Shown: positions 48,490 to 64,000 of the stretch, piece by piece
Layout: each line of letters opens with the position of its first letter
Position numbering within the stretch: the first letter of the stretch is position 1
Source: Eledone cirrhosa
Taxonomy: Eukaryota
Reading direction: 5' to 3'
NCBI GenBank assembly: GCA_964016885.1
Contig: CAXHJY010000306.1
Span: forward strand, 1-64,000
Length of the DNA stretch: 64,000 bases
Position numbers and translations under genes: made by a program
The notes under the pieces: generated by a model
What the model was told of the DNA's origin: nothing
Database searches by the model: none
The model's input: only the letters and a program-made list of their open reading frames with translations

Positions 48490-51109
48490 TGTTGGTTTAT
48501 TTCATTCAACGAGATATTAGCTGAAATAAACTACATTTCTCTCTCAGAAGTAATGATATTAACTCTAATTTCTAATTTAGGCTCATGGTTAGCAATTTAA
48601 CAAACAACATTTTGGGGTGACGGGGAATAGATTAAATCGACTGGTACTTTACTTTTCCGATCTCCGAATGATGAAAGGCAAAGTTGACTTCAGCGTGATT
48701 TGAACTTAGAACATAAAGTGCCGGAACAAAATACCGCAACGTATTTTTGTCTGACGCTGTAACGATTCTACTAGTCCACCACCTTTCCACCAATCCAATC
48801 CATTCCAATTCAGTTCAATAAATAATCGTTATTTCTAAATTTAAGCACAAGGTCAGCAATTTTGTAGGTAAGGGGGAAAGTCGACTATATCGACCCCAGT
48901 ACGTAATTAATACTTTTTTTTATTGACCTCGAAAGGATGAAAGGCAAAGTTGACTGCCGCGGGTTTTGAACTCAGAACGTAAAGAGCCGGAAAAAATGCC
49001 GCAAAGCATTTGTCTGACGCTCTAACGGTTCTGCAAATCCACAATAATAATAATTATCATTGCAGCTGATTGGAGAACCACTCTGTTCAGGTGACCGTGT
49101 GTTCAACTTGTGACATTGCCGCTCATTGTCTGCCCTACTAACCCCTCTCTCTCTCTCACTCACCGTGATTCTCTTACTCTTTGTCTGTCTGTGTCTCTCT
49201 GTCTCACCAACTGTCTGTCTCTTTCTCTTCCTTCTCTTTCTCTCTCTTTCCTTCCCTAGTAGTCCTACTACTCGTTCTTCTAGAGGCTAGCATGACCCAG
49301 ATAAAATAGCCTACATTTCGGAGGGAGAGAAACCCCCGCCTCTGCCTCTCCACGTTTCTCCTCTCCTGAATCGATACAGATTCCATCCAGCCTTCCTCCT
49401 TTATATTTTGACACAGCAGATGTAATTGACGGTATTTTTGTTGTTGTTGCTGTTGTTTGGTTAATTGGTTTGTTTATATATACATATACATATATCTATA
49501 TATTTGTATGTGCTTGTTTAGTTGTTGATGATGATGACGTGTGTGTGTGGTAATGGGGGATGGGTGCCACCTATTAAGGGCATGTGAACTGGGAGTAAAG
49601 GACGTCGGGGGGGGGGGGTAAGATAGAGAAAGAGAGAGCTTCTATTGTCACTGGTTCCGTTGTTGTTAAAAAAACAAAACGTTCTCCTTACGCCCCACCC
49701 ACCAAAAACAAAATTATGATGGATGGTGATGGTGGGGCTGATTCGATCTCATTCTCATCCTCTAATAATTAGGTTAAGAAAAAAAAAAGGCCGCCAGCTT
49801 TTACAGATGCTATTGTTGGTCGTATGGTTGTGCTGTTTCAATGTTGGCAGCAGATATTGTTAATGTGTGAGCACGAGAGAGAGGGGGAGAAGAGAGCGTT
49901 AGTTGTGTTGAATGAAAGACAGAACTAGAGCGGACACTTTTATACTACGATTGCAGCAGATGGCTTCTTTTCTTCCTACATGGTTTTATCGCGCCGATAT
50001 TCACCACATGTAATGATGTGTTTCTCTCTCTTTCTCTCTCAACATTACACGAGCGCACATGCAATAATATATACATATATATACGTATATATACATACAT
50101 GCACTGGGATAATTGCTGGCCTTGTGCCAATAGTAGAACCAATTATTATATATATACGTTTACACACACACACATGTATATATGTATAATTTCGAGATGT
50201 TATTGAAGTTGATGAAATTTATTGTACTGTAGAGGATAGTGACTTAGTAAAAAGTGTCATTGTAAATACAAATACTACAATAGTATATGACTGACAGAGA
50301 TGTCACAGTATTACAATAGAACTTGATAGGTAAGCTTTTAATTCTGCTGCTGCTGCTAGTCACAGAACATAATCGACAACTTCTTCATACATGCTTTGAC
50401 GTAACTTAACTTTTTTCTACTTTTGCCTACTTTGTATTACATCTCTCCCTCACTTTCTACCCCTCTCTTTATTTCTCTGTCATATGTGTGTGTGTGTGTG
50501 TGTGTATATACATAAGTATAAATATATCTATGTGCATACACACACATATATCATATATATATTATACATTAGGTATACATGCATACAAACATACATATAT
50601 ATATTATTATTTAAATTTCTTCGTGTATACATTTACAGTTGTACAATCTTTGTCAAAACATGTTACTATTAGCTGTAACAGGAATTCATTAATTGTCAAT
50701 ATGTATATATGTGTGTGTAAACATATTAACTATATTCACATGCATGTGTGTAAATATGTACGTGTGGACATATGCGTGTGTGCGCCTCTCTTCTCCGTAT
50801 TGTACCGTAATACTCCCCTATTGAAAAAGATAAAAAAAAGACAAGCAAGAAAAAAGAATATAGGGGAGTACTTTGTACTGAGAAATCAAAATCTGATACG
50901 ACTGATTCTTTATCAATCCTAATTAGAACTCATACAGTTCTGATTCGAGGGAAGATTTTAGCGTGATAAGAAATAAAATTCATAATTATGTGTCAGTTTC
51001 AAACAGATTTCCCTTAGTTGCGACACAAAAAGTAATAGATGAGCGATTACTTAATGTTACAAGAAATCTCTTTCTTTCTCACTACACTCCACTGTGTGTG
51101 TGTGTGTGT

Positions 51110-55170
<4,061 letters not shown>

Positions 55171-55580
55171 TGGGAGAGATGACCCCTTAGACTTTGTCAA
55201 GGCAGAATTCTAGGAGAAGGAAAACTCTGATATAACACCTGCAACCCTGATGGTATCCAATGATGTTGACTTGTTCTTCTTTTTGGTAAATATCATCTTG
55301 GTTAAGAGAGTGGGACTGGCTTTGTGCAGTGCCTTTGCTCACTATAAAAGCTTCACGGCACAGGCATTGCTTTATATCTGGAGATCTCTCTGCACTTGTC
55401 GTCACATGGTACCATGGGCCCAGCACTATGTGTCAATAATTGTCACAAGTGTAGTGTTTGTACCAGAGCTTTCAAGTCGCTGGCTGGACTAAAAAGTCAC
55501 ACTCGTTCAGCGCATCAGTAGGGGTTCTCCTACATGGATATAAAGTAGTGGCCGTACTCGAAAACGAGTTGGCAGCCACC
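55171..55580 (+). mobile_element. RTE-derived element, copy 5 (5'-truncated)
   Basis: Matches 13922-14331; same 3' stem-loop and AT tail. Confidence 0.85.
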
Positions 55581-62730
<7,150 letters not shown>

Positions 62731-63412
62731 TCATCATCATCATCATCATCATCAACGTTTAACGTCCGTGTTCCACGCTTGCATGGGTTTGGACGGGGGT
62801 AGTCCCACTTGAGGCAAGAGTGATTGTCTTGCTCGCATAGGACTGTCTGGCAGGTTTTCTACAGTTGGATGCCCTTCCTAACACCAACCACATTTACAGT
62901 GTGGGTCTGGGAGGTTTTTACCGTGTTGCCTACACGGCCACATTACAGCGTGGACTGTGTGTTTTTTTGTCGTGACACCTACACGATCTCATTTGTTTCG
63001 GCCTCGATGGCGCGGCACCAACATAACTTTACATAGAACGGGGTGGTGTGGATCGGGTGGGGGTGGTGGGACGGGGTGTATTTTGTTAGAGATGTCTACT
63101 GGCTGGAGTAGGTTTTACTATATATTTAGGTAAGGCGGGTCTTCTCTGTTACTGAGTACCGCCAAAGGTCTCGGTCCAGTGACATTGTCTTGGAGAGGTG
63201 TAAGTGTGTGATGTCGGAGTTTATCAGCTCGTCCCAGGTTTTTCTAGGTCTGCCTATTCCGTGACTACCGTCTATCTTTATTGCCCTGTACTTTGTTATA
63301 CAGCTATCGACTTTCATGCGCATCACGTGTCCATACCAACGTAGCCTTCTCTCGAGTAAACAACATCTGATCCCTCTTATCTCTAATTTATTCCTTAGTT
63401 CGTTTATGCTTT
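62731..63412 (-). mobile_element. Young 5'-truncated RTE LINE (same family as 23876-27113) inserted in a TA array
   Basis: Open C-terminus [29 protein letters not shown] (stop at 63126), 3' UTR and (GAT)n tail. Confidence 0.9.

Positions 63413-64000
<588 letters not shown>

Overview
This is repeat-dominated eukaryotic DNA with no recognisable host protein-coding gene. The SINE/LINE repertoire resembles coleoid cephalopod (octopus-like) DNA; that assignment is an inference. About 26 kb (1-16.2 kb, 19.3-19.5 kb, 51.1-64 kb) is kilobase-scale (TA)nTG microsatellite with strong strand polarity, and all long Y/I/M/C/V or Y/I/H/T ORFs in the track are artefacts of it. Inserted in or next to these arrays are: five copies of a ~610-bp non-autonomous RTE-derived element; a young CR1/L2-like APE-RT LINE with one frameshift; a Penelope-like element (RT thumb + GIY-YIG) flanked by two divergent, inverted, hammerhead-bearing pseudo-LTRs; a second Penelope 3' end with a hammerhead; a 619-bp terminally redundant non-coding element with hammerhead-like motifs; and a fold-back palindrome of an RTE tail. 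The middle region (21.6-51 kb) holds a decayed RTE LINE, many SINEs, a non-autonomous Helitron with a nested piggyBac derivative, pogo/hAT remnants, a clustered TTAA MITE family, a ~35-bp minisatellite and unique sequence with a cluster of DR4-type TGACCT sites. The best candidate for something new is the set of ribozyme-bearing retroelements colonising the polar TA arrays. All family names come from reading motifs by eye, not from database searches.
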